In this document: positions 1 to 7,892 of the stretch, piece by piece
How positions within the stretch are numbered: position 1 is the stretch's first letter
Layout of the letters: every line of letters starts with the position of its first letter
Assembly (NCBI GenBank): GCA_041492755.1
Contig: JBGPXN010000123.1
Coordinates: forward strand, 1 to 13,214
Reading direction: 5' to 3'
DNA length: 13,214 nucleotides
Source: Candidatus Methylomirabilia bacterium
GTDB taxonomy: Bacteria > Methylomirabilota > Methylomirabilia > Rokubacteriales > CSP1-6
Notes under the pieces: model-generated
What the model was told of the DNA's origin: nothing
Seen by the model: only the letters and a program-made list of their open reading frames with translations
The model's database searches: none
Translations under genes and position numbers: made by a program

Positions 1-251
1 CGATCCGAGAAGAACGATCGCCCGAAGTCGCCCTGGGCGGCCCGCCAGAGAAAGGCACCGAACTGGTAGAGGAGCGGCTGATCGAGGCCGTACGCCCGTC
101 GGATCGCCGCCTTGTCGGCGTCGGTGGCGTCGGGAGGCACCAGCATCTCCACGGGGTCGCCGGTGGCCAGCAGGCACACGAACACGACGAGCAAGACCGC
201 GATCAGTGCCGCGGCGGCCTGGACCAGGCGGCGAGCGATCAGCCTCCGCAC
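1..251 (-). CDS. ABC transporter permease, DppB/OppB/NikB family (5' part; runs off the left edge)
   Basis: Not in the ORF track. Manual translation from GTG at 251 (GAGG just upstream) gives MRRLIARRLVQAAAALIAVLLVVFVCLLATGDPVEMLVPPDATDADKAAIRRAYGLDQPLLYQFGAFLWRAAQGDFGRSFFSD. This is the typical DppB N-terminus (RRL..TM..GDP..GLDQP..GDFGRS), and it lies directly downstream of a family-5 SBP. Confidence 0.93.
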   Translation of the reverse strand, partial: MRRLIARRLVQAAAALIAVLLVVFVCLLATGDPVEMLVPPDATDADKAAIRRAYGLDQPLLYQFGAFLWRAAQGDFGRSFFSD

Positions 252-290
252 GCGACCTCGGTGCGGTCTGGGGCTCGCACTACGCGCGCA

Positions 291-1916
291 CTACTTCGTC
301 GGGACCGACGGCACCGTCGCGCTCTCCGGAGCCTTCCGGCCCGTGCGGTGCCAGTAGTCGTCGTACGTGGGGAACGCCGCCGGGTACGGTCGCCACCCCG
401 TGTCCTTCTGGATGCCCCAGAGCGAGTCCACCGTGTTGACCAAGAGCCAGAACGCTTCGTCGCGCATCAACTGGTTCAGGCGCGCGTAGGTCCGGGTCTT
501 GTCGGCGAGGCTCGTTGCCGCCGCCGCCTCGCTCATGAGGCCACGCGCCGTGGCGAGCTCCGGCGGGACCGGTCCCCACTTCGGCGTGAGCTTGGCGTCC
601 GGATACGAGGCGTTGAGCGTGAAGTGCAGCATGATCGCGGGATGCCAGTACATCGTCCAGATCAGCTCGGTGACGTCGTACTCACCCTCGTTCCGCTCGG
701 CCAGGATCCGTGCCCGCTCCGCGGGCTGGACCGTCGCCTTGATCCCGACCTTGGCGAGCTGATTGGCGACGGCCTGGGCGACCTCGACGTCCTTCGGGAA
801 CACGCCCTGCGTGACGGTCCAGCGGAAGCTGAAGCCGTCGGGATATCCGGCCTCGGTCAGGAGCGCCCTCGCCTTCTCGGGGTCGTACGAGTACGGGCGG
901 ACCTCGTCGCTCGCGCCCAGCCATCCCGACCAGAGCGGCGCCGGCATCGGCGCACCGCGGCCGCCCAGGATCGCCTTGACGATCGCCGCGCGATCGACGG
1001 CGTAGTTCATGGCCTGGCGCACGCGCTTGTCCCGTAGCGGCGGGGTCGTCTTGTAGAGGTTGATGACGTACGACAGCGCCGAGCCGCCGGTCAGGCTCAC
1101 GACCTCGAGCTTCGGGTTGCCCTGGATCATCGGAATCGTCTCGATCGGGATCGCGGCCGCGACCTGCGCCGTCCCCGCGGCCAGCTCGAAGACCCGGGTG
1201 GACGGCTCCGGGACGTGGCGGACGATCATCTTCTCCGGGAACGCCCTGCCGCCACGATAGCCGTCCCACGCCTCGAGCCGCACCGTGCCGTCCTTCGGCC
1301 AGTCCAGCACCTTGTACGGCCCGCTGCCGATCGGCTTAGCTTCGAACTGCTCGCGCGTCATCGAGTGCCGCGCGAGCGGCGGCACCAGGAGGTGCGAGGC
1401 GGCGGCGAGCACGGAGAGATCGGGCTTCGGCAGCTGCCACCGGATGGTGTACTTGCCCAGGACTTCGGCCTTGCCGAGCGCTTTCAGGACCACGCCGCGC
1501 CGGCCGGGCTTCTCGGGAGAGACGAACGCGTCGAACGCGGCTTTCACGTGCTCGGCCGTGAGCTCTTCGCCGTTCTGAAACTTGACCCCGCGCCGCACCT
1601 CCACCACGAACGTCTTCGGATCGGGAAAGCTCCACTTCTCGGCCAGCACCGGCACGACGCCCCAGGCGCGCTCCTCGGCCACGAGCTCGATCCGCACGAG
1701 CGGCTCGACCACGTGCGGGATCAGGTAGTACTGGGAGTTGGTCCCGTGCTCGCTCAGGGGATCCGCGCCGCCCGTCTTCTCGGACACGACCACGGTCCAC
1801 TGCGCCGGCCGCGCCGCGGTCGCGTCGCTTCCCGCGGCGCCCAGGACGACGGTGATCACGACGGCAATGGCGAGCGCGGCCTTTGCGATCATCGAACGAC
1901 GTCTCGCGCTGTTCAT
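291..1916 (-). CDS. ABC transporter substrate-binding protein, family 5 (DppA/OppA/NikA-like)
   Basis: 541-aa ORF with an N-terminal signal peptide (RRR, hydrophobic stretch, ATA-A). Family-5 motifs: LAEKW, RRGVKFQNGEELTAEHV, PIGSGPYK, DKRVRQAMNYAVDR, YSYDPEKARALLTEAGY. Alternative start at the second Met (1892). Confidence 0.93.
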   Translation of the reverse strand: MNSARRRSMIAKAALAIAVVITVVLGAAGSDATAARPAQWTVVVSEKTGGADPLSEHGTNSQYYLIPHVVEPLVRIELVAEERAWGVVPVLAEKWSFPDPKTFVVEVRRGVKFQNGEELTAEHVKAAFDAFVSPEKPGRRGVVLKALGKAEVLGKYTIRWQLPKPDLSVLAAASHLLVPPLARHSMTREQFEAKPIGSGPYKVLDWPKDGTVRLEAWDGYRGGRAFPEKMIVRHVPEPSTRVFELAAGTAQVAAAIPIETIPMIQGNPKLEVVSLTGGSALSYVINLYKTTPPLRDKRVRQAMNYAVDRAAIVKAILGGRGAPMPAPLWSGWLGASDEVRPYSYDPEKARALLTEAGYPDGFSFRWTVTQGVFPKDVEVAQAVANQLAKVGIKATVQPAERARILAERNEGEYDVTELIWTMYWHPAIMLHFTLNASYPDAKLTPKWGPVPPELATARGLMSEAAAATSLADKTRTYARLNQLMRDEAFWLLVNTVDSLWGIQKDTGWRPYPAAFPTYDDYWHRTGRKAPESATVPSVPTK

Positions 1917-1917
1917 G

Positions 1918-2055
1918 TTACTCGACCCCCGAGGTGTCCGGCGTGCGCTGCGGTCCCGAGCTTACGCTGCCGGCCCGCAGGCAAGACATGTGAAATACGC
2001 GAAAGTCATAGACGTGGACGAAGTTTCCCTGCGTACCGAGGGGGATCAGCGCCAT
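1918..2055 (-). CDS. Small ORF, 45 aa (MALIPLGTQGNFVHVYDFRVFHMSCLRAGSVSSGPQRTPDTSGVE); a peptide or a gene remnant
   Basis: Strong Shine-Dalgarno GGGGAGG 5 nt before the ATG at 2055. It starts 32 nt after the HDO stop, and its TAA ends 1 nt before the SBP ATG, so it fills the gap in operon fashion. No family recognised with confidence. Confidence 0.5.
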   Translation of the reverse strand: MALIPLGTQGNFVHVYDFRVFHMSCLRAGSVSSGPQRTPDTSGVE

Positions 2056-2087
2056 GGTTTCCTCCCCGCAGGCGCCCGCCGGGGGCG

Positions 2088-2792
2088 TCAGCCGAGATAT
2101 TCGCGCTTCAGACCGTTCGCGTAGCTCTCGAGGAGCGCATGGAGCTTGCGCATGGAGCTCTCGGCGGTCCTGCGGTCCTCGTCGGTCCGGACGTACGTGA
2201 GGATCGCCTTCTCGGTCTCCTCCGACTCCTCCTGCTCGGCCTCGAAGTGGACGGTGTAATTCATGCCGCCGTGCGCGGGTCGGCAGCCATAGTGCCCGAC
2301 GAGGCTGCGGCCCACGAGCTGAGACAACTCGATGACCTCCGCCTCGAAGAGGGCGGTCGTGCAGAGGGCGGCTGGCCACGGCACCCGCTGGGACAGCTCG
2401 ACGCAGTAGTCGATGATGCCCGCCGTCTCCGGCAGGGGCCGGAGGCGATCGTACACGTCGCGCGGATAGCCCATGTCGTCACCGATCCACTTGTAGAGCT
2501 CCACGTGATCGGGAGTGGCCCCGATCTTCCCGCGGAAGTAGCCGAGATCTTCCACGAGCAGATGCTTGGCGCAATCCTTGCGGACGTCCAACTCGTCGCA
2601 CCGGGCGTGGATGCCGCTGAAGATGCGAGGGAAGTAGACGACGATGAGGTAGTTCTGGCTCACGTGCCCCCACGCCTGTGCCTTCGTGAGCACTCCCTCG
2701 CCGAAGCGCCTGAAGTATTCCGACTCGCGGTAGGGGCACCGCGCGATCAGCTCCGCCTTGACGCTCCTGAACCACCCGTGCACGTTCATCAT
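2088..2792 (-). CDS. CADD/PqqC/TenA-fold (heme-oxygenase-like dimetal oxidase, 'iron-containing redox enzyme') protein, 234 aa
   Basis: The real start is the ATGATG at 2792/2789 after GGCGGGGG; the longer ORF to 3197 overlaps the divergent ATPase. GVLTKAQ..FPRIFSGIHARCDELDVRK closely resembles Chlamydia CADD as I recall it (GELTKEQ..FPKYLSAIHSRCDDLEARK). Candidate ligands are E81, H96, E150, H182, E186 and E189. Confidence 0.85.
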   Translation of the reverse strand: MMNVHGWFRSVKAELIARCPYRESEYFRRFGEGVLTKAQAWGHVSQNYLIVVYFPRIFSGIHARCDELDVRKDCAKHLLVEDLGYFRGKIGATPDHVELYKWIGDDMGYPRDVYDRLRPLPETAGIIDYCVELSQRVPWPAALCTTALFEAEVIELSQLVGRSLVGHYGCRPAHGGMNYTVHFEAEQEESEETEKAILTYVRTDEDRRTAESSMRKLHALLESYANGLKREYLG

Positions 2793-2820
2793 GTCGCCCC
2801 CGCCGCCGATGGGGCTCACA

Positions 2821-2826
2821 ATTTTA
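2821..2826 (-). promoter_or_regulatory. Candidate -10 element (TAAAAT) for the leftward HDO operon
   Basis: ATTTTA on the + strand reads TAAAAT on the - strand, about 29 nt upstream of the HDO start, in a rare AT-rich patch. No good -35 at 17 nt spacing. Confidence 0.4.
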
Positions 2827-2833
2827 CCCCACG

Positions 2834-2863
2834 TTGACCGGCGTTCGCCCTGTCGGCTATCCT
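2834..2863 (+). promoter_or_regulatory. Candidate sigma70-type promoter for the rightward ABC/Mo-hydroxylase operon
   Basis: TTGACC (2834-2839), an 18-nt spacer, then TATCCT (2858-2863), just upstream of the ATPase start codons at 2878/2881/2908. Confidence 0.5.
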
Positions 2864-2907
2864 CGGGCCACTCCAGCATGATGATCTCCGACGGCGCCTC
2901 GTCCGGG

Positions 2908-3732
2908 ATGTCCGTGAGGACGCGCGAGGCGGCGATCGCCCAGCCCGACGGTGCCCTCCAACCGCTGGTCGAGGCCATTGAGGTCTCCAAGCGGTATCGG
3001 ACGCAGGACGGGACGATCGCGGCCCTCGACCCCGTCACTCTGGTTATCGGCGAGCGCGAGTTCACCTCGATCGTCGGTCCGAGCGGCTGCGGCAAGAGCA
3101 CGCTCATGCGGATCGTCGCCGGCCTGCTGCCCCCCACCTCGGGATCGGTACGCATCGGGGGTGTCACGGTCGATCGGCCGTACGTCGGCGCCGGCATCGT
3201 CTTCCAGGACCCGACGCTTTACGAGTGGCGCCGCGTGCTCGAGAACGTCCTGCTGCCCGTGGAGATCCAGCGCCTGGACCGCGCCGTCTTCCGGCGGCGG
3301 GCGCTCGAGCTGCTCGACCTGGTGGGTCTGACCGGATTCGAGCGGAAGTACCCGTTCGAGCTGTCAGGGGGGATGCGACAGCGCGTGGCGCTCTGCCGCG
3401 CCCTCGTGCATGACCCGCCGCTCCTGCTGATGGACGAGCCTTTCGCGGCCCTGGACGCGCTGAGCCGGGAACAGATGAACCTGGAGCTCCAGGACCTCTG
3501 CTCGAGGCAACGCAAGACGGTCCTCTTCATCACCCACAGCATCCCGGAGGCCGTGTTCCTGTCCGACTGCGTGGTGGTCATGTCCGCCCGGCCCGGGCGG
3601 ATCGGAGCCACCATTCCCATCGCCTTGCCCCGTCCCCGGACGCTCGACGTCCTCGGGACCTCGGAGTTTGGCCGCTACACGTCCGAGATCCGCTCAATCC
3701 TCGCGTCGTGGGGCGTGCTGCGCGCCCGATGA
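2908..3732 (+). CDS. ABC transporter ATP-binding protein, NitT/TauT (TauB/SsuB-like) family
   Basis: Walker A GPSGCGKST, Q-loop VFQ, signature LSGGMRQR, Walker B LLLMDEPF, H-loop FITH and a C-terminal MSARPGRI typical of TauB/SsuB. The start is uncertain (ATG at 2878, 2881 or 2908). Confidence 0.95.
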   Translation: MSVRTREAAIAQPDGALQPLVEAIEVSKRYRTQDGTIAALDPVTLVIGEREFTSIVGPSGCGKSTLMRIVAGLLPPTSGSVRIGGVTVDRPYVGAGIVFQDPTLYEWRRVLENVLLPVEIQRLDRAVFRRRALELLDLVGLTGFERKYPFELSGGMRQRVALCRALVHDPPLLLMDEPFAALDALSREQMNLELQDLCSRQRKTVLFITHSIPEAVFLSDCVVVMSARPGRIGATIPIALPRPRTLDVLGTSEFGRYTSEIRSILASWGVLRAR

Positions 3733-4523
3733 TCTCCACCCGCGCGCGCGCCTGGCTCTACCCGCTCACGACCGTGACCGTGCTCCTCGCCGTCTGGGAG
3801 CTGGCCGCGCGACTCGGCTGGGTGCCGCGCTACCTCCTGCCTTCGGTCAGCGGCATCGTCGTGCGTACGGTCGAGCTGCGCGCGCTGGTGCTGCGGGAAC
3901 TGATGGTGACGCTCTGGGAGACGCTGCTCGGGTTCGGGCTCAGCGTGGTCGTGGGCGTGCCGCTCGGGTTCGCGCTGGTCTCCTGGCGGGCCTTCAACCA
4001 GGCCGTCTACCCGTTGCTGATCGGCTCCCAGGTCGTGCCGAAGGTGGCGCTGGCGCCGCTCTTCCTCCTCTGGTTCGGCTTCGGCCTCACCGCGAAGATG
4101 CTGATCGCGTTCCTGGTCGCGTTCTTCCCCATCGTCATCAACTCGGCGGTGGGACTCGCGTCGATCGAGCCCGAGAAGCTCGACGTGGCCCGCGCGGCGG
4201 GCGCGAGCCGGCTCCAGCTCTTCTGGCTGGCGCGGCTGCCGAACGCTTTGCCCATGATCTTCGCCGGCATGAAGGTCTCCATCACGCTGGCGGTGGTGGG
4301 GGCGCTGGTGGCCGAGTTCATCGCCGCCGAGAACGGCATCGGCCGGTTGCTCCTGAACGCCAACGGCAACATGGACACCGAGCTGCTCTTCGGCGGCATC
4401 CTCGCCCTCGTTGCCCTCGGCGTCGTCCTCTACCTCGCCATGGAAGCGGCCGAGCGGCTCCTGCTGCCGTGGCACATCTCGCAGCGCGTGCAGCCGGGCA
4501 CGCGGCTCGATGCCGCCCCATGA
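3729..4523 (+). CDS. ABC transporter permease, NitT/TauT (TauC/SsuC-like) family
   Basis: ATG at 3729 overlaps the ATPase stop (ATGA). Multiple TM segments; motifs WEL, LLPS, QVVPKVALAPL, FFPIVIN, EAA-like loop ARAAGASRLQLF..LPNALP and AEFIAAENGIG. Confidence 0.95.
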   Translation: MISTRARAWLYPLTTVTVLLAVWELAARLGWVPRYLLPSVSGIVVRTVELRALVLRELMVTLWETLLGFGLSVVVGVPLGFALVSWRAFNQAVYPLLIGSQVVPKVALAPLFLLWFGFGLTAKMLIAFLVAFFPIVINSAVGLASIEPEKLDVARAAGASRLQLFWLARLPNALPMIFAGMKVSITLAVVGALVAEFIAAENGIGRLLLNANGNMDTELLFGGILALVALGVVLYLAMEAAERLLLPWHISQRVQPGTRLDAAP

Positions 4524-4573
4524 CCGCCGTGCCCCCGCTCCGAGGGCCGGAACGCTCGACAGGGAGGTCCACC

Positions 4574-5560
4574 ATGCGGATGCGCCACGTGCTCAGCGCC
4601 CTCGCCCTGCTCCTCGCCGTCACGGCCTGCCTGACCCTCACCGTCGCGGAGGCCCAGAAGCCGGCCGCCGTCGCCGCCACCCTGCGCCTGGACTGGGTGC
4701 CGGGCCCCCATCACATCGGCCCGCTCCTCGCCGCCAGGCGCGGCTACTACGCGAAGGAAGGGCTGGACCTCGAGGTGAAGCCGGGCAAGGGCTCCGGCTC
4801 CACGGTCCAGCTCGTCGCCACCGGCGGAGACATGTTCGGCTTCGCCGACGCCGGCGTGATGGCGCTGGCGCTGTCCAAGGGCGCGCCCGTGATCATGGTG
4901 GCCAACCCCACCCCGGTCGGGCCGAACGGCGCCATCACCGTCGGCCGGCAAATGAGCTCGCCCAAGGACTACGAGGGCAAGAAGATCGGTCTCGTGCCCG
5001 GCGAGTCATCGCACGCGATCCTGCAGGCGGTCCTGAAGAAGAACAACGTTCCCGAGTCGTCGTACCGCATCATCGCCGTCGAGGCCGCCACCAAGGTGCC
5101 GGCGCTCCTCTCCGGCAAGGTCGACACGATCCCCGGCTTCCGGTTCGGCGATTTCCTGCGCGCCTACACCCAGAACCCCGAGACCAAGATCAAGCTCTTC
5201 GCCGACTGGGGGATCAACGTTCTCGGTAACGGCTATCTCGTGAGCACGAAGACGCTCGCCGAGAAGCCCGACCTCGTTCACGGATTCTTGCGGGCAACCA
5301 TGCGCGGCTGGAAGGAGGCGATCGATGACCAGAAGGCAGGGGTCGACGCCCTGATGGCCGCCTTCCCCGACACCAACCGACGCTTCGCCGAGCTGGGGCT
5401 GCCGCTCGTGATCGAGCACATGCAGACGCCCGCCACCAAGGGCAAGCCGCTCGGCTGGATGGCGGAGGAGGACTGGAAGGCCACCATCGAGCTCTTGAAG
5501 ACGACCGGGCTCGAGGGTGATCGGCCGCTCTCCACGTACTATCGCAACCTGGTCGAGTAA
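4574..5560 (+). CDS. ABC transporter substrate-binding protein, NMT1/THI5-like (ThiY/SsuA/TauA superfamily)
   Basis: SD AGGGAGG (4561-4567) before the ATG at 4574. Signal peptide ends AEA-Q. LRLDW..H...LAARRGYYAKEGLDLEVKPGKGS is the typical NMT1/THI5-family start. 328 aa. Confidence 0.92.
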   Translation: MRMRHVLSALALLLAVTACLTLTVAEAQKPAAVAATLRLDWVPGPHHIGPLLAARRGYYAKEGLDLEVKPGKGSGSTVQLVATGGDMFGFADAGVMALALSKGAPVIMVANPTPVGPNGAITVGRQMSSPKDYEGKKIGLVPGESSHAILQAVLKKNNVPESSYRIIAVEAATKVPALLSGKVDTIPGFRFGDFLRAYTQNPETKIKLFADWGINVLGNGYLVSTKTLAEKPDLVHGFLRATMRGWKEAIDDQKAGVDALMAAFPDTNRRFAELGLPLVIEHMQTPATKGKPLGWMAEEDWKATIELLKTTGLEGDRPLSTYYRNLVE

Positions 5561-5569
5561 CGTTCGAGC

Positions 5570-7885
5570 ATGACCTACGTCGGCCAGCGTCTCAAGCGAC
5601 GCGAGGACGAGCGGCTGGTGCAGGGCCAGGGCTTCTTCGTCGCCGACGTCCACCGTCCCGGCGCCCTGCATCTGGCCGTGGTCCGGAGCCCGCACGCCCA
5701 CGCGTGGATCCGAGCCATCGACGTGTCCTCTGCGCGCGTGCGGCCCGGCGTCGTCGACGTCGTCACCTTCGCCGACGTGCCGGAGCTGGCGCGCGCCATC
5801 CCCATGCGCATGTCCGACAGCGGCCGGATGAATCGTTACCTGCAGCACCCGCTGGCGCGCGACAAGGTCCGCTACGTCGGTGAGCCGGTCGTCGCGATCG
5901 TGGCCGAGGACCGCTACCTCGCGGAGGACGCGCGCGACCACGTGAAGGTGCAGTACGAGCCCCTGCCGGCGCTCGTCGACACGCGGGCGGCGGGCGAGTC
6001 CGGGGCACCGCTCCTGTTCGAGGCGGAGGAGACCAACGTCGTCGCGACCTATACCGTCGCTTACGGCGACGTCGACCGCGCCCTCAGGGAGGCGGACCTC
6101 GTCCTGCGCGAGACCCTCTACGTGCAGCGGCACACGGCGGTGCCCATGGAGACGCGCGGCGCGGTGGCGGAGTGGGACCCCGGGCGAGGCGTGCTGAACA
6201 TGTGGGGCATGACGAAGGTGCCCCACTTCAACCGGGGTGTCATCGCCGAGCACGTGGGGCTGCCCGAGCACCAGGTCCACTTTCTCCAGATGGACGTGGG
6301 CGGCGCCTTCGGCGTGCGGGGAGAGCTGTACCCCGAGGACTTCCTCGTCGCCCTCCTCGCTCTCCGCACCCGGCGGCCGGTCCGCTGGATCGAGGACCGT
6401 CGCGAGCACCTTCAGGCCGCCAACCATTCCCGCGAGCAGCACCACGAGATCGCCGTCGCTCTCCGCCGCGACGGGGCCATCCTCGGCATCCATGACCGGT
6501 TCTGGAACAACATGGGCGCCTACATCCGGACGCACGGCGCCACCGCGCCCAACAACACGGCCGGCTACCTGCCCGGACCCTACCGCATCCCCCATTACCG
6601 GGCCGAGGTCACCTGCGTGGTCACCAACAAGACGCCGGCCGGCACCTACCGCGCGCCCGGCCGCTTCGAGGCGAGCTTCGTGCGCGAGCGTATCGTCGAC
6701 ATGGCCGCCGGGGCGCTCGGGATGGACCCGGCCGCGATCCGGCACCGCAACTTCATCCCGCCCGACGCCATGCCCTACGAGGTCGGCACCACCACGCTCG
6801 GCCGCAAGGTCGTCTACGACAGCGGCGACTTCCCGCGGCTGTTCGCGTGGGCGCTCGATCGCGTGGGCTACCGCGAGCTCCGCCAGGAGCAGGCACGAGC
6901 CCGGCAGGTCGGCCGCCACCTCGGCATCGGGCTCGCGTATGTCGTGGAGAAGTCCGGGCTCGGCCCCTGGGAAACCGCCCGCGTTCTCGTCGACGGCTCC
7001 GGCAAGGTCGTCGTCTACACCGGTGTCCCGTCGGTCGGCCAGGGCGTGGAGACGATCTTCGCCCAGATCAGCGCCGACGTCCTCGGCGTGGCCTACGAGG
7101 ACGTCACCGTGCGATATGGCGACACCGACATGCTGCCGGACGCCGTCGGAGCCTTCGCCAGCCGAGGCACGGTCATGGGCGGCAGCGCCGTGCTGCGCGC
7201 GGCCGAGCGCGTGCGCGACAAGATCCGGGCGGTGGCCGCACGCGAGCTGGAGGCGCACCCGGAGGACCTCGAGCTACGCGACGGCGCCGTGCACGTGCGG
7301 GGCGTGGCCGACCGCGCCCTGTCGATGCGCGAGGTGGCGCGCGCGGCGGCGCCCACGCGAGCGCTCGCGGCCGGAATGGAACCGGGCCTGGAAGCGCTCG
7401 AGTACTACCAGCAGGAGAAGATGACGTACGGCCACGGCCTGCACCTGGCCGTCGTCGAGGTCGACGGGGAGACCGGCGTGCCGCGGATCCTGCGCTACGT
7501 CATCGCCTATGACATCGGCCGTTCAATCAACCCGATGCTCGTGGAAGGCCAGATCGTCGGCGGCCTGGCCCAGGGGCTCGGCGCCGCCCTCCACGAGGAG
7601 CTGGTCTACGACGCGGAGGGCCAGCTCGTGGCGGGGACGCTGATGGAGTACCACATCCCGGTGGCCGCCGACATGCCCCCGATCGAGCTGTGGATCCGCG
7701 AGGAGGACCGGTCGCCGACGAACCCGCTGGGCGTGAAGGGGGCTGGCGAGGACGGGATCGTGGCCGCCGGCGCTGCCGTCGCCAATGCCGTCGCCGACGC
7801 CCTGGCCCCGCTGGGCGTCAAGATCACGGCGCTGCCGTTGCGAGCCGAGCGCCTGCGCGAGCTGATCCGAGCAGCCAGGACATGA
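5570..7885 (+). CDS. Xanthine dehydrogenase family molybdopterin-binding (large) subunit, CoxL/KdhL-like
   Basis: 771 aa. Motifs: VGQRLKRRED, VRSPHAHA, VRYVGEPV, PMETRG, GGAFG, active-site loop GTYRAPGR, VGQG, ASRG, INPMLVEGQIVGG and KGAGE (catalytic Glu). It lacks the AYxCSFR loop of form I CO dehydrogenase. Confidence 0.95.
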   Translation: MTYVGQRLKRREDERLVQGQGFFVADVHRPGALHLAVVRSPHAHAWIRAIDVSSARVRPGVVDVVTFADVPELARAIPMRMSDSGRMNRYLQHPLARDKVRYVGEPVVAIVAEDRYLAEDARDHVKVQYEPLPALVDTRAAGESGAPLLFEAEETNVVATYTVAYGDVDRALREADLVLRETLYVQRHTAVPMETRGAVAEWDPGRGVLNMWGMTKVPHFNRGVIAEHVGLPEHQVHFLQMDVGGAFGVRGELYPEDFLVALLALRTRRPVRWIEDRREHLQAANHSREQHHEIAVALRRDGAILGIHDRFWNNMGAYIRTHGATAPNNTAGYLPGPYRIPHYRAEVTCVVTNKTPAGTYRAPGRFEASFVRERIVDMAAGALGMDPAAIRHRNFIPPDAMPYEVGTTTLGRKVVYDSGDFPRLFAWALDRVGYRELRQEQARARQVGRHLGIGLAYVVEKSGLGPWETARVLVDGSGKVVVYTGVPSVGQGVETIFAQISADVLGVAYEDVTVRYGDTDMLPDAVGAFASRGTVMGGSAVLRAAERVRDKIRAVAARELEAHPEDLELRDGAVHVRGVADRALSMREVARAAAPTRALAAGMEPGLEALEYYQQEKMTYGHGLHLAVVEVDGETGVPRILRYVIAYDIGRSINPMLVEGQIVGGLAQGLGAALHEELVYDAEGQLVAGTLMEYHIPVAADMPPIELWIREEDRSPTNPLGVKGAGEDGIVAAGAAVANAVADALAPLGVKITALPLRAERLRELIRAART

Positions 7886-7892
7886 GGCCGCC

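Noticed and set aside
2793..3197. N-terminal extension of the HDO ORF to 369 aa
   Set aside because: It is the antisense of the ABC ATPase and the promoter gap. Homology to CADD-like proteins starts at the ATG at 2792.
3668..4573. Apparent 630-aa fusion ORF containing the THI5-like SBP
   Set aside because: The first ~300 codons are an alternative frame of the permease. The strong SD and signal peptide place the start at 4574.
2088..5560. Canonical thiamine salvage locus (tenA + thiXYZ), PQQ (pqqC) or CADD pABA synthase
   Set aside because: I saw no TPP riboswitch motif and no other thi, pqq or fol genes. The protein looks more like CADD than TenA but lacks the Tyr27/Lys152 equivalents.
1917..5561. 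11-bp inverted match GGTCGAGTAAC at 5551-5561 (+) and 1917-1927 (-), both spanning a VE-stop
   Set aside because: Matches of this length are expected by chance in a 13-kb GC-rich window. The genes on both sides are correctly oriented, so there is no sign of an invertible segment.
5006..7258. 750-aa antisense ORF (and similar long ORFs at 1215-2837, 10451-11821, 10579-11898, 3675-4475, 7824-8636)
   Set aside because: These overlap well-supported genes on the opposite strand or in another frame and show no family motifs. Such shadow ORFs are expected from high-GC codon bias.
5570..7885. Aerobic CO dehydrogenase (coxL) call
   Set aside because: It lacks the Cu-binding AYxCSFR motif, and there are no coxM/coxS or coxDEFG genes nearby.
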